Positions 1 through 13,232 of a stretch of 64,000 nt of DNA are shown piece after piece; within the stretch, counting starts at the first letter, position 1, and each line of letters begins with the position of its first letter. This DNA comes from Christensenellaceae bacterium Phil1. Its GTDB lineage: Bacteria; Bacillota; Clostridia; Christensenellales; CAG-138. A program made the translations under genes and the position numbers. The stretch lies in assembly GCA_001940855.1 (NCBI GenBank), contig MSGS01000044.1, positions 20,215-84,214 of the forward strand, read 5' to 3'. The notes below the pieces were generated by a model. That model was not told the origin of the DNA. It saw only the letters and a program-made list of their open reading frames with translations, and did no database searches.

Positions 1-988
1 GCTTCGCGGCGGAAAAATCTATGTTCGCGGTGAGCAGGCCGCCTTCCGCGTCCTCAAGGCTGGCGTTTGATATGGGCAACTGCATCGTGCTTTCAAGGCC
101 CAGCGTGCCCGCATCCACGGATACGAAGTTTGCAAAGCCCCAATCGAAGAACTTGGCCGCGTTTTCAAAGCGGTATTCGCCCTTTACCTTGTTTTCATAA
201 TCGCCGAACAGCACCAGTATCAGCTCCACGCCGTCCTTCTCCGCGCTTGCCACAAGGCAGCGGCCGGCGGCGGTTGTGTCGCCCGTCTTAACGCCGGTTG
301 CGTATTTATATTTGTAATCCGCTTCGCCTTCCTTTGTATAAAGCAGGCGGTTGGAATTATACCACTGGTAGCCGTCGGAATCCTTATTGGTGGGGGCGGC
401 GTTATAGGTCGCGGTGGAAACTATCTTGCGGAACGTTTCGTTGCGCATGGCGTAGCGGGTAAGCACGGCCATGTCATACGCGGTTGAATAATGGTCCTCC
501 TTATGGAGTCCGTTCGGCTTAACAAAGTGCGAGCCGGTCATGCCAAGCTCCGCAGCCTTTTTATTCATCATCTCCGCAAAGCCGGATTCGCTGCCGCCAA
601 TATGCTCTGCAATGGCCTTGGCGGCGTCGTTGCCGGAAAACATCATCATGCCGTACAGCATGTCTATAAGTGGCATTTCCTCGTTGCGGGAAAAGTGGCA
701 GGTGGAGCCGCGTGTTTCAACGTTGCTGCCCGTGTTCACTATCTCGTTTATGTCCGCCGCGTTTTCAATGGCCAGTATGCAGGTCATTATCTTTGTGGTG
801 CTGGCGGGGTATGCCTGCGCCTTGCTGTTCTTTTCATAAAGCACGGTGCCCGTCGCCGCATCCATAAGGCAGATATAGGGCGTGGATACGCTCTCCGGGT
901 CAAATTCGTCCGCCGCGGCGCAAACGGGCAGCACGCCGAGCGCGAGTATAAATATAAGCACAAGCGAGATGATTCGTTTCAAATTCAA
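1..988 (-). CDS. Serine-type D-Ala-D-Ala carboxypeptidase (peptidase S11, PBP5/DacB-like); C-terminus runs off the left window edge
   Basis: Absent from the ORF track because it is open at the edge. My reverse-strand translation from TTG 988 (alternative TTG 982), preceded by GAAAGGA, gives LNLKRIISLVLIFILALGVLPVCAAADEF (signal peptide). The three PBP boxes follow: STTK, SGND and KTG. Confidence 0.8.
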   Translation of the reverse strand, partial: MNLKRIISLVLIFILALGVLPVCAAADEFDPESVSTPYICLMDAATGTVLYEKNSKAQAYPASTTKIMTCILAIENAADINEIVNTGSNVETRGSTCHFSRNEEMPLIDMLYGMMMFSGNDAAKAIAEHIGGSESGFAEMMNKKAAELGMTGSHFVKPNGLHKEDHYSTAYDMAVLTRYAMRNETFRKIVSTATYNAAPTNKDSDGYQWYNSNRLLYTKEGEADYKYKYATGVKTGDTTAAGRCLVASAEKDGVELILVLFGDYENKVKGEYRFENAAKFFDWGFANFVSVDAGTLGLESTMQLPISNASLEDAEGGLLTANIDFSAAK

Positions 989-1215
989 ATTGGTCCTTTC
1001 CTCAAAAGCCGGCATATCCATATACCGGCATAGTACACTTTGGCTATTATAACAAAATTTATATGCATTTGTACATAGTTCAGCGGTTAATTTATTGTTA
1101 AATACACCGTTCGTTCAAATTATTCCCCTTTATGCGGGGCGCTTTTATGGTATAATAAATATGGAAAGTTATAGCTGCGCGTAAAACCCCTGCGCGGCGA
1201 AAGGAGGACGCCATA

Positions 1216-1899
1216 ATGGCAAGACGAATACTGCTTGTGGACGACGAGCCGCTTATGATAAAAGGGCTGAAACGCACGCTGGAGCAGGACGGTTACGAAA
1301 CCGATTCCGCATCGGACGGCGAGGAGGCATTAAAAAAGCTGAACAGCGAGCATTATGATCTGGTGCTGCTGGACGTTATGCTGCCAAAGCTCAGCGGAAT
1401 AGAGGTTTGCCAGATAGTGCGCGAAACGAGCGACATTCCCATAATAATGCTCACCGCCAAGGGCGAGGATATGGACAAAATACTCGGCCTTGAATACGGC
1501 GCGGACGATTACATGACAAAGCCCTTCAACATACTGGAGGTAAAGGCCAGGATAAAGAGCATACTGCGCCGCACTGGTGCGAACCGCGAAGCGCCCAAAA
1601 TGGAACTGAGCGCAAACGGGCTGAGCATAAACATAGGCAGCCGCAGTGCAACGCTTGACGGCAAGAACGTTAGCCTTACCATGAAGGAATTTGATCTGCT
1701 TCAGCTTTTCATGAAAAACCCCGGCAAGGTATACAGCCGCGACGAGCTGCTTGAAACCATATGGGGTCAGGACTATCTGGGCGATTTCAGAACGGTGGAC
1801 GTGCATATCCGTCGTCTTAGGGAAAAGATTGAGCGGGACCCCGCCAATCCCGAATATATTCTGACTAAGTGGGGAGTTGGCTATTACTTTGCGCAGTGA
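1216..1899 (+). CDS. OmpR/PhoB-family response regulator
   Basis: 227 aa. Receiver motifs LLVDDE, DLVLLDVMLP and TAKG. C-terminal winged helix (TVDVHIRRLREKIE ... GVGYYF). GGAGGA lies 7 nt upstream of the ATG. Confidence 0.93.
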   Translation: MARRILLVDDEPLMIKGLKRTLEQDGYETDSASDGEEALKKLNSEHYDLVLLDVMLPKLSGIEVCQIVRETSDIPIIMLTAKGEDMDKILGLEYGADDYMTKPFNILEVKARIKSILRRTGANREAPKMELSANGLSINIGSRSATLDGKNVSLTMKEFDLLQLFMKNPGKVYSRDELLETIWGQDYLGDFRTVDVHIRRLREKIERDPANPEYILTKWGVGYYFAQ

Positions 1900-3346
1900 G
1901 CGAAAACAGTTTTTCGGCTCTATCAGGGTCAGGATGGTCGCCATATATTTGGCGGTAACCATCGTGGCCTTGCTTGCCATAAGCTTTACCGTGGCAATAT
2001 TGGTCGAATCCTCGCTTGTCAATCAGCGCACAAAGCAGCAGCAGGAGGCTACCACCCGCCTTGCCCTTGAAATAAGCCAAAGCTTTAATTCCGATGCAGA
2101 CACGCTGTATTCATTGGCGCTCACCCGCGCGCAGGAAATGGGCGGCAGGGTGCTTATAATGGATACGGATGCGGTGGTTCAGATAGACTCCGCCTCATAC
2201 CAAACGGGCTTTATGCTGCCGTATAGAGAAGTGCGCGATGTGCTTATCGGCGGGAAGGAAGCGGCGTTCGGCTTCCATAAAATAAGCACAGGCGCGGACA
2301 AAGGCGCGCTGAAGCTTTCCGGCTCTGCCAACTGGGCCGTATACTACACCGCCCCAATAACTCAGGGCGGCAAATATTTGGGCGCGGTGCTTTTCAGCGC
2401 CATGATACAGGACGTTGAGGACAGCGTTGCGGATATAATTGCCGAGGTTGCCATAGTTTTCGGCATTGTTGCGGCGGTTATGGTGGTGCTCAGTTTTACG
2501 CTCAGCGGCTTTGTTACAAAGCCCATTGTGGAGCTGACCCACGCCATACGCCGCATGGGCAAGCAGGGCAGCGGCGTGCGCGTTAAGGTGCATGGGCAGG
2601 GCGAGGTTGCGGAGCTTGGCCGCGCGTTCAACCGAATGAGCGAGCAGATAGAGGCCCATGACCGCGTGAGGGACGAATTCGTATCCAATGCATCGCACGA
2701 GCTTAAAACACCCCTTGCCACAATGAAGCTTTTAAGCGAATCCATATTATATGAAGAAAATCCGGACCCTGCCGAAATGCGGGAGCTCTTCGAGGATGTT
2801 AATCACGAGGTGGACAGGATGTCCAACGTTATAACGGATCTTCTGCGCCTTGTGCAGTTCGATGAAGGTCAGCCGCTGCTGCACCGGGAAAACGTTGATT
2901 TGAAGGACATAGCAGAGCGCGTTGTTTCCCGATTGAAGCCGCTTGCAGAGAACAAGGGCATAGCGCTGAATTTCACCGGCAGCAGCGCAATGATATTTGG
3001 CGAGGAACGCCAGATAGAGCAGGCCGTTGTAAATCTTATAGAAAACGCAGTCAAGTATACAGACGCCGGGCATGTTGACGCGTCGGTGAAGCAGACCGGG
3101 AGCGAGGCGCAGCTTATTGTGAAGGATACGGGCATAGGCATACCGGAGGACGCTATACCGCACCTTTTTGAACGATTTTACCGCGTGGACAAGGCGCGTT
3201 CCCGCGGCACTGGCGGCACGGGGCTCGGCCTTGCGATAGTGGAGCGGATAATTACGCTGCACGGTGGGTTCATAACGGTTGAAAGCGAGCTTGGGCACGG
3301 GTCAACGTTCACGGTGCATCTGCCGCTTGCGGACGGGGAGGAGTAA
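1877..3346 (+). CDS. Sensor histidine kinase (2 TM, extracytoplasmic loop, HAMP, HisKA, HATPase)
   Basis: H-box SHELKTPL, G1 DTGIGIP, G2 GTGLGLAIV. The track start is TTG 1877, overlapping the regulator stop; in-frame ATG 1934 (MVAIYLAV) is equally possible. Confidence 0.9.
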   Translation: MAITLRSERKQFFGSIRVRMVAIYLAVTIVALLAISFTVAILVESSLVNQRTKQQQEATTRLALEISQSFNSDADTLYSLALTRAQEMGGRVLIMDTDAVVQIDSASYQTGFMLPYREVRDVLIGGKEAAFGFHKISTGADKGALKLSGSANWAVYYTAPITQGGKYLGAVLFSAMIQDVEDSVADIIAEVAIVFGIVAAVMVVLSFTLSGFVTKPIVELTHAIRRMGKQGSGVRVKVHGQGEVAELGRAFNRMSEQIEAHDRVRDEFVSNASHELKTPLATMKLLSESILYEENPDPAEMRELFEDVNHEVDRMSNVITDLLRLVQFDEGQPLLHRENVDLKDIAERVVSRLKPLAENKGIALNFTGSSAMIFGEERQIEQAVVNLIENAVKYTDAGHVDASVKQTGSEAQLIVKDTGIGIPEDAIPHLFERFYRVDKARSRGTGGTGLGLAIVERIITLHGGFITVESELGHGSTFTVHLPLADGEE

Positions 3347-3350
3347 ACGC

Positions 3351-4387
3351 ATGAAGCACGGCAAAAACACACTGCGGCTCACGGCGCTGCTCACGGCGGC
3401 GCTTATGCTGCTGCTCACGCTTTGCGGCTGCTCCCGCGGCATGATAAAAGAGGACAGCGTGCATGAGGATCTGCCCGATATAGACCCCGAAGCGGGCATT
3501 GCAAAGGACATGCGCGCAAAGCTTTATTACAGGCTTACTGATGAAGCGTATCTCGTCGGCGTAACGGCGACAATAACCGTTTACGCAGGTGAGCGCGAGG
3601 AGCGCGCCATGATACGCACGCTTATGGAAGGCACGCCGCCGCTGAGCGGCAACATAAGCGCGGTCATTCCCGCGGGCACTGAAATAGTTGATGTTTCGCT
3701 TGAAGGGGCAATATTGTACGTTACCCTTTCGGCGGAGTTCTTCAATACAAATATTGTGGACGAAGCCGTTGCGGACGGCTCCAGACTGATGGAAAACGGG
3801 CTGCTTTCCCGCGCGGAATACGAAGCGCGCGTGGAAAACGCAAGGGAGGAAATGTACCTTGCGCGAAGGCTTGCCGCGCAGTCCATAGTGAACACGATAA
3901 CTGCGAACAGGCCGGACGTGAGCGTGCAGCTTTTGTTTGAACTTAACGGTTCGGCCGCGCGCGTTCGCAGGACGGAGCTTGGCCTTGAAACATTCGGCGG
4001 CGGCAGCCACGATCTGCTGGAGCCGATGGAGTTTGACGATTCGTATGTTATAACGGCGCCGGGCGTGGTCACATGCCTGCTTGAGCATATACAGAACGGC
4101 GAATACGATAAGGCGTATCCGCTGATAGCCGAACTTGAGCAGGGCGGCGCGCAGAAGCCGGATTACGCCAGCTTTGAAACATACATGGCAAGCCTTGCCA
4201 AAATAAAAAGCTTTTCCGTGCGCGAGCAAACGCAGAGCAAGGATTCCTCAAGCATTCTGGTAGCGGTTGAAATAACGCTGGATAACAGCCAGGGCGTGCG
4301 GAGGTATCAGCTTACGCTCAAAAGCGAAGGCAGCATATACAAACCGGGGTATAAATCACTTATAAACATGCTGGGAGGTGACAGCGT

Positions 4388-4391
<4 letters not shown>
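3351..4391 (+). CDS. GerMN-domain lipoprotein
   Basis: The track ORF starts at 3279, but GGGGAGGAG followed by ATG 3351 gives MKHGKNTLRLTALLTAALMLLLTLCGCS (signal peptide with lipobox Cys). GerMN-like segment: KLYYRLTDEAYLVGV...RTLMEGTPP...IPAGTEIVDVSLEGAILYVTLSAEF. Confidence 0.75.
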
Positions 4392-7567
<3,176 letters not shown>

Positions 7568-7595
7568 GAAATTAAGTCATTTTATGTCTAACGGC

Positions 7596-7624
7596 TTGAT
7601 TTTGCATTGCATAATGCATATAAT
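7596..7624 (+). promoter_or_regulatory. Sigma-A type promoter of the dinJ-yafQ cassette with an embedded palindrome
   Basis: TTGATT (7596-7601), 17-nt spacer, TATAAT (7619-7624). The spacer contains the inverted repeat TGCATT-gcat-AATGCA (7603-7618). GGAGG lies 7 nt before ATG 7662. Confidence 0.6.
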
Positions 7625-7661
7625 AGACATATAACGAAGTGCATTATAAGGAGGTTTAGAA

Positions 7662-7937
7662 ATGGCTGCTACTACAAATTTTAGTGTGCGCATGGATAGT
7701 GATATTAAAAGGCAATGCGAAGCGCTTTACAATGAACTTGGCATGAACCTTACAACGGCCATAAATGTTTTTTTGCGCCAATCGCTTCGCGCGGGTGGCT
7801 TTCCGTTCGAAGTAACACTTGGAACGCCAAGCGCTTCCTTCGTTTCTGCAATGCTTGAAGCGGAACGAATCGCAAAAGATCCATCGATAAAGGGCTATGA
7901 TGATGTTGAGGAAGCGTTAATGGAACTTAAACAATGA
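7662..7937 (+). CDS. dinJ: Type II antitoxin, RelB/DinJ family
   Basis: 91 aa. MAATTNFSVRMDSDIKRQCEALYNELGMNLTTAINVFLRQ matches the DinJ ribbon-helix-helix N-terminus. ATGA overlap with the toxin gene. Confidence 0.88.
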   Translation: MAATTNFSVRMDSDIKRQCEALYNELGMNLTTAINVFLRQSLRAGGFPFEVTLGTPSASFVSAMLEAERIAKDPSIKGYDDVEEALMELKQ

Positions 7938-8215
7938 AGCTATCCATTGTATGGACAAATCAATTTAAGAAGGATTACAAACTGGCAATAAAGCGCGGAC
8001 TTAGAATTTCTTTGTTGGATGATATAATTCGCAAGCTTTCTCTTTGCGAAGAATTGCCAGTCCAAAACCGCGACCATGCCCTTTCAGGAGATTATTTTGG
8101 TTATAGAGAATGCCATATTCAGCCTGATTGGCTGCTGATTTACAAAATTGACAACGGAAGGCTTCTGCTCACGCTCGCATGGACAGGAACGCACAGTGAC
8201 TTGTTCGGCAAATAA
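7934..8215 (+). CDS. yafQ: Type II toxin, YafQ/RelE-family mRNA interferase
   Basis: 93 aa. FKKDYKLAIKRG ... DHALSGDYFGYRECHIQPDWLLIYKI ... TGTHSDLF aligns with the E. coli YafQ pattern as I recall it. Confidence 0.88.
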   Translation: MKLSIVWTNQFKKDYKLAIKRGLRISLLDDIIRKLSLCEELPVQNRDHALSGDYFGYRECHIQPDWLLIYKIDNGRLLLTLAWTGTHSDLFGK

Positions 8216-8220
8216 AAAGT

Positions 8221-8264
8221 TTGGCATGACAGAACGGAACATAAACATGGAAATAAAGCTATAA
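8221..8264 (+). pseudogene. Orphan duplicate of the GNAT gene 3' end (encodes GMTERNINMEIKL-stop)
   Basis: 37 of 44 nt identical to 7524-7567, the last 13 codons plus stop of the GNAT gene (GMTERNINMEMRL-stop). No upstream reading frame is attached to it. Confidence 0.75.
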
Positions 8265-8292
8265 AAAAGCACCCCGAACCAAAGCAACGTTA

Positions 8293-8320
8293 AACGCGGC
8301 GCAAATGCGCCGCGTTTTAT
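8293..8320. terminator. Bidirectional intrinsic terminator between the TA cassette and hemZ
   Basis: GCGGCGC (8296-8302), loop AAAT, GCGCCGC (8307-8313). Flanked by an A-rich stretch upstream and TTTTAT downstream. Confidence 0.7.
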
Positions 8321-8339
8321 GTATCCTGATATTAAAGCC

Positions 8340-9791
8340 TTACAGGAATAACCTTGCCTTCTCCCCGCTCAGCTTTTCCACCTTGGCGATATATGTGCTT
8401 ATCTCCTTTGGCGCAGGCACGCGCTCCACGCGGCGCGCCGCATCGTATACACATTTGGTCATTGCTCCCGCCCCGTGGGACATTATGGCGGTGGTATCCT
8501 CCATCATGTCTATGTTGTATACGCATTCCGTGCCGGGTTTGGCGTAACCCACGTTTTCAAGATTGCCGCTCATATATTTCTGGCGATACATATAATACGG
8601 CCGCATGCCGAGCCGCGCCGCGGCTTCGCTGCCCATGTGTACCATGTGCTCTACCTCCTCCGCCTCCGGCATTGGGTATTTTTCCCCTTCCGTAACAAGA
8701 CGGCTTGAACGCTTGAGCGCAAGCGTATGCACGGTAAGGTTTTCGGGCGAAAGCTTTATTATTTTATCAAGCGTATGCTCCATGTCCGCCGCATGCTCGC
8801 CGGGAAGGCCGGCTATAACGTCCATGTTTATATTGTCAAAGCCCATGTCCCGCGCCATGTTGAACGCGGCTATAATGTCCGCGCTTTTATGGCTGCGGCC
8901 TATCAGTTCAAGCGTTGCGTCGTTCATGGTCTGCGGGTTTATGGAAAGCCTGCTCACGCCGTATTTTTTCAGCACACCCAGCTTTTCTTTTGTTATCGTA
9001 TCCGGCCGGCCTGCTTCAACGGTGAATTCCCCATTGAATCCCGCGTATGCTTCAAGCGCGTGGGCAATAAGGCCGTCCAGCTCATCCGCCGTAAGCACGG
9101 TTGGCGTGCCGCCGCCTATGTACATTGCGCGTATTTTGCGGCCCGCCTGCTTCAATATGGCGGAGCCAAGCGTTATGTCCTTCTTCAGCGCGGCAAGATA
9201 GGCCGCCATGTCCGTCTTTTTAGTGCGCACCTGGGAGGCAAAGCTGCAATACAGGCAGCGCGATGCGCAGAACGGTATACCTATGTATATATCCGCATCC
9301 TTTTCCGTTTGGCTATCAAGAATGGGCTGCTGCACGGCGTTTATTGTCTTTGCCAGGGCAAGCTTCTCTTCGCTCACGTCAAAGTCCTGCTGCATCATTC
9401 TTATCGCTTCCGCTTCGCCGTGGCGCATGCGCAGCTCCCTCAGCAGCCGCGTGGGCCGTATGCCCGTAAGCGAGCCCCACGGCGGCATGAAGCCGTATAC
9501 GTTTGCCATTGCCCTGAACGCCGCTATTTTCACCGCGCGCTTTTCGCGCCGCTTTATTTCAAGCGCGTCCGCTCCTTGCGGTATAACGCAGTCCCATTCA
9601 TAAACGGCCATGCCTTTGGCTACATTCACCCGTGCGCAGGCATGGCGCTCAGTACCGCCGCCTTCAAGCGTAACGCAAACGTCCGCCGCGGCATTCTCCG
9701 CCTCCGTTATTTCCTCTTTTGCCAAAAATAGCCGAAGCTCGTCGGCTATATCGGCTATATACTCGGTTTTGTTCGTGTATAGGCTCATCAT
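8340..9791 (-). CDS. hemZ: Radical-SAM oxygen-independent coproporphyrinogen-III oxidase-like protein (HemN/HemZ family)
   Basis: 483 aa. Radical-SAM motif IPFCASRCLYCSF. Long N-terminal extension typical of the HemZ subgroup. The start overlaps the stop of the upstream MBL gene. Confidence 0.78.
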   Translation of the reverse strand: MMSLYTNKTEYIADIADELRLFLAKEEITEAENAAADVCVTLEGGGTERHACARVNVAKGMAVYEWDCVIPQGADALEIKRREKRAVKIAAFRAMANVYGFMPPWGSLTGIRPTRLLRELRMRHGEAEAIRMMQQDFDVSEEKLALAKTINAVQQPILDSQTEKDADIYIGIPFCASRCLYCSFASQVRTKKTDMAAYLAALKKDITLGSAILKQAGRKIRAMYIGGGTPTVLTADELDGLIAHALEAYAGFNGEFTVEAGRPDTITKEKLGVLKKYGVSRLSINPQTMNDATLELIGRSHKSADIIAAFNMARDMGFDNINMDVIAGLPGEHAADMEHTLDKIIKLSPENLTVHTLALKRSSRLVTEGEKYPMPEAEEVEHMVHMGSEAAARLGMRPYYMYRQKYMSGNLENVGYAKPGTECVYNIDMMEDTTAIMSHGAGAMTKCVYDAARRVERVPAPKEISTYIAKVEKLSGEKARLFL

Positions 9792-10435
9792 TTGTCCTTA
9801 CCCCAGCGGCGCATAAATGGGTTATGCTCCCGCTCGAACTGCAGCGTGGTAGCGCCCATGTGGCCAGGATAAACTTCATAATCGCCATCAAGAGTGAAAA
9901 GCTGATTGCCTATGGAATCAAGCAGTTCCTTATGATCCCCGCCGGGGAAATCGCTGCGGCCTATGCTGCCATGGAACAGGCAGTCCCCCGTGAACACGGC
10001 CTTCCTTTCGCCGTCGGCAATGGCATAGGATACGCTGCCCTTGGTATGCCCGGGCGTATACAGCACGCGGATATCAAAGCCGGCCTCGTGTATGGTTTCG
10101 CCGCCCTTCAGCTTAACGTCCGCATTGCAGGGGGGTATATCTATATGTGCCATTGCGCACAGGTTAACGCTTGCGTCCCTAAGGCCCGCTTCGTCGATTT
10201 CGTGTATATACACCCTTGCGCCATACTGCTTTTGAAGATCGGCAACGCTCACTATATGGTCAAAATGCCCGTGCGTAAGCAGAACAGCCGTTGGCTTTAC
10301 GCCAAGCGCGTAAAGCTTTTTTTCAACAAGCTCCGTGTCGGACGGGTCTATTATTATGCATTCGCCCGCGTTCTTGCCGTATACAATATATGTATTCACC
10401 CCGACGGGGCCGGTTATGAGGGATGCTATTTCCAT
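9788..10435 (-). CDS. MBL-fold metallo-hydrolase (glyoxalase II-like)
   Basis: 215 aa. Metal motif LLTHGHFDH, plus later His/Asp ligands (YTPGHTKGS, TGDCLF). Confidence 0.85.
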   Translation of the reverse strand: MEIASLITGPVGVNTYIVYGKNAGECIIIDPSDTELVEKKLYALGVKPTAVLLTHGHFDHIVSVADLQKQYGARVYIHEIDEAGLRDASVNLCAMAHIDIPPCNADVKLKGGETIHEAGFDIRVLYTPGHTKGSVSYAIADGERKAVFTGDCLFHGSIGRSDFPGGDHKELLDSIGNQLFTLDGDYEVYPGHMGATTLQFEREHNPFMRRWGKDK

Positions 10436-10439
10436 GATG

Positions 10440-10886
10440 TTAAAATGTCCTTTCGCTGTCCAGTAATATTGTTACGGGGCCGTCGTTTATAAGCTGCACC
10501 TTCATCTCCGCGCCGAATATGCCCGTTTCAACGTGCACCTTTTCGCCCAGCTTCGCTATCGCCTTTTCATAAAGCGGTATCGCCTTTTCGGGCCGCGCCG
10601 CGCGGATGAAGCTTGGGCGTTTGCCGTGCCGTGCATCACCATAAAGCGTGAATTGGCTTACAAGCAGTATCTCCCCGCCCGCATCTATAATGGAACGGTT
10701 CATTTTGCCCGCTTCATCTTCAAATATTCTAAGCCCCGTCAGCTTATCGCAAATATAGTCAATATCCTTATCGGTGTCGTTTTCGTCAATGCCTATCAAC
10801 ACCATGAACCCTTTGCCTATTTTCCCGTTTACCCTTCCGTCTATGGTTACGCTTGCGCTTTCCACGCGCTGCACCACGGCTCTCAT
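10440..10886 (-). CDS. dtd: D-aminoacyl-tRNA deacylase
   Basis: 148 aa. MRAVVQRV start, SQFTLYGD and GKRPSF signature segments. Confidence 0.93.
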   Translation of the reverse strand: MRAVVQRVESASVTIDGRVNGKIGKGFMVLIGIDENDTDKDIDYICDKLTGLRIFEDEAGKMNRSIIDAGGEILLVSQFTLYGDARHGKRPSFIRAARPEKAIPLYEKAIAKLGEKVHVETGIFGAEMKVQLINDGPVTILLDSERTF

Positions 10887-10901
10887 GTTCCTAATCCCCC
10901 G

Positions 10902-13193
10902 TTATGCGTTTATTCTGTATACGTCGTTCACGGTGCGTATTTTGCGCATGCCCTTCATAATGCTGTCAAGCTGCGCCGCGCCGGATACATTGAACGTAAG
11001 CTGCACAGTCACGATATCCTCAGTGGTTTTCGCGTTCATAGCCAGTATGCTTATGTTCAAATTCATAAGCAGCTGCGATATTTCCATCAGCAGCCCCGGC
11101 CGCTCCCCGGCAACAATGTGTATAGTAACAGGGTAGCTTGCCTTTTCCGTGCTCGCCCACTCAACGTCTATAAGCCGTTCTTTGTCCAGCATCAGATCCG
11201 TCATGTTTGGGCAATCTGCGCGGTGTATGGATACGCCGCGGCCGCGGGTAATATAGCCCACTATCTTGTCGCCCGGCAGCGGGCTGCAGCAATGCGCAAA
11301 GCGCACCGCCATGTTCGGCTCTCCCTTTACTATAACGCCGTGGTTAGCCGCGGCGTTCTGCACGCGCTGTTCTTCCTTCTGCTCAAGCTTGGCCGCAAGC
11401 TGATTCGCCTTTTCTTCCTTGCGGTATTGCTCAATCAGCTTATGCAGCACCTGCCCTGTGGTTATGCCGCCGTAGCCTATCGCGGCGTATATATCCTCAA
11501 TATCGTTCATGTTGAACCGCTTGAGGAGATCGTCATAATAGCTTTTCTTTGTCAGCTCGCCAAGCTGCCTGCCCTGCCGCTTTGCGGCCTCGCTGAGCAT
11601 TTCCTTACCGCGGATTATGTTTTCCTCGCGGTTGGCCTTTTTGAACCATTGGCGAATTTTTGCCTTGGCCTGCTGAGTTTTTACTATTTTGAGCCAGTCG
11701 CGGCTGGGCGTTGCGTTGGGCGCGGTTACAATTTCGCAAACGTCGTTATTCTTCAGCTTGTAATCAAGCCTTACTATCGCGCCGTTTACCTTTGCATGCT
11801 GAACATGGTTACCAACGTTTGAATGGATGCGGTACGCAAAGTCCAGCGGTGTGGAGCCGGTTACAAGGTCAATTATCTGCCCGCGCGGCGTAAGCACATA
11901 TACATAGTCGCTGAAGAAATCCTTGCGAATGCTTTCAACAAATTCCTTTGTGGTATCCGCATAGTTTTCAAGCTCCAGCGCTTCCCTCAGCCATGCAAGC
12001 TTGCTGTCCAGCTCGTCCTGATTGGCGCGCCCTTCTTTATACATCCAGTGCGCCGCTATGCCGTATTCGCTCGTGCGGTGCATTTCATATGTTCTTATCT
12101 GCACCTCGAACGGCAAGCCGGTATCGGAAAACAGCGTTGTGTGCAAAGACCTGTACATATTGGTCTTTGGCATGGCTATATAATCCTTGAACCTACCTGG
12201 CACGGGCTTCCATATTGCATGGATTATGCCCAGCGCCGCATAGCAATCGTTTATCGTGTTCACTATAACGCGCACGGCTATAAGATCATATATCTCCGCA
12301 AGGCTCCTGTTCTGCCTGAGGAACTTTTTATATATGCTGTATAGGTGCTTCGGCCTGCCGTTCACCTGCGCCTGTATGCCGGCGGCGGCAAGCTGCTCCT
12401 CTATCGTTTTTATGGCCTTATTGAGCGTAAGCATGCGCTCTCGCCGCTGCGGCTCAATCTGCTTTTCAAGCGCGGCGTATTCTTCCGGCATAAGGTAATG
12501 GAAGGCAAGATCCTCCATTTCGCACTTTATTGCACCCATGCCGAAGCGGCTTGCGAGCGGCGCATAAACGTCCAACACCTCCCGCGCTTTGCGCTGCCGC
12601 TTTTCGGGCTTGCAATATTCAAGCGTGCGCATATTGTGCAGCCTGTCCGTCAGCTTTATTATAACAACGCGGACATCCTTGGCTATGGCAAGGAACATCT
12701 TCCTCAGGTTTTCCGCCTGCGCCTCTTCCTTGCTTATAATGTCGCTTTTGCCGGTTTTGGTCAGCTTGGTTACGCCGTCCACCATCTCCGCAATGTCCGT
12801 GCCAAATTCGCGGGCAATATCCTCAACCGTTATCCCGTCGCAGTCCTCCACCACATCGTGAAGAAGGCCGGCTATAACGGTGTTGGTATCCATGCCCATT
12901 TCAAACAGCATTTTGGCCACAGCCAGCGGATGGATTATATACGGTTCGCCGGATTCGCGCTTCTGCGGCAGATGCGCTTTATATGCAAAGTTCATGGCCT
13001 TTTTAAGCCGCGCCATATCATCTTCGCTGAACTTTTCCGCGCAGGCCTTTTCAAGCTCGTCCATCAGCATCCTTACTTCCTCGTCGTCTATAAGATGATG
13101 CTCGGATGCGTCGACCATTTTGTCTATGTTCACTTCGCTCATACCGTCCAGCCGCATTTCATCGTTGTTATCTATTATCTTTTCATTGCTCAT
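10902..13193 (-). CDS. relA: Bifunctional (p)ppGpp synthetase/hydrolase (RSH)
   Basis: 763 aa. HD hydrolase domain (HDVVEDC), synthetase segment (RFKDYIAMPKTNMYRSLHTT), and TGS and C-terminal ACT regions. Confidence 0.95.
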   Translation of the reverse strand: MSNEKIIDNNDEMRLDGMSEVNIDKMVDASEHHLIDDEEVRMLMDELEKACAEKFSEDDMARLKKAMNFAYKAHLPQKRESGEPYIIHPLAVAKMLFEMGMDTNTVIAGLLHDVVEDCDGITVEDIAREFGTDIAEMVDGVTKLTKTGKSDIISKEEAQAENLRKMFLAIAKDVRVVIIKLTDRLHNMRTLEYCKPEKRQRKAREVLDVYAPLASRFGMGAIKCEMEDLAFHYLMPEEYAALEKQIEPQRRERMLTLNKAIKTIEEQLAAAGIQAQVNGRPKHLYSIYKKFLRQNRSLAEIYDLIAVRVIVNTINDCYAALGIIHAIWKPVPGRFKDYIAMPKTNMYRSLHTTLFSDTGLPFEVQIRTYEMHRTSEYGIAAHWMYKEGRANQDELDSKLAWLREALELENYADTTKEFVESIRKDFFSDYVYVLTPRGQIIDLVTGSTPLDFAYRIHSNVGNHVQHAKVNGAIVRLDYKLKNNDVCEIVTAPNATPSRDWLKIVKTQQAKAKIRQWFKKANREENIIRGKEMLSEAAKRQGRQLGELTKKSYYDDLLKRFNMNDIEDIYAAIGYGGITTGQVLHKLIEQYRKEEKANQLAAKLEQKEEQRVQNAAANHGVIVKGEPNMAVRFAHCCSPLPGDKIVGYITRGRGVSIHRADCPNMTDLMLDKERLIDVEWASTEKASYPVTIHIVAGERPGLLMEISQLLMNLNISILAMNAKTTEDIVTVQLTFNVSGAAQLDSIMKGMRKIRTVNDVYRINA

Positions 13194-13232
13194 TCCGGCA
13201 AACCTCCTTTCCGTATATGCTCGTCTTTTTTA

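Noticed and set aside
491-1033. A 180-aa plus-strand ORF at the left edge.
   Set aside because: The opposite strand encodes an edge-truncated PBP5-type carboxypeptidase with signal peptide, STTK, SGND and KTG boxes. The plus frame has no features.
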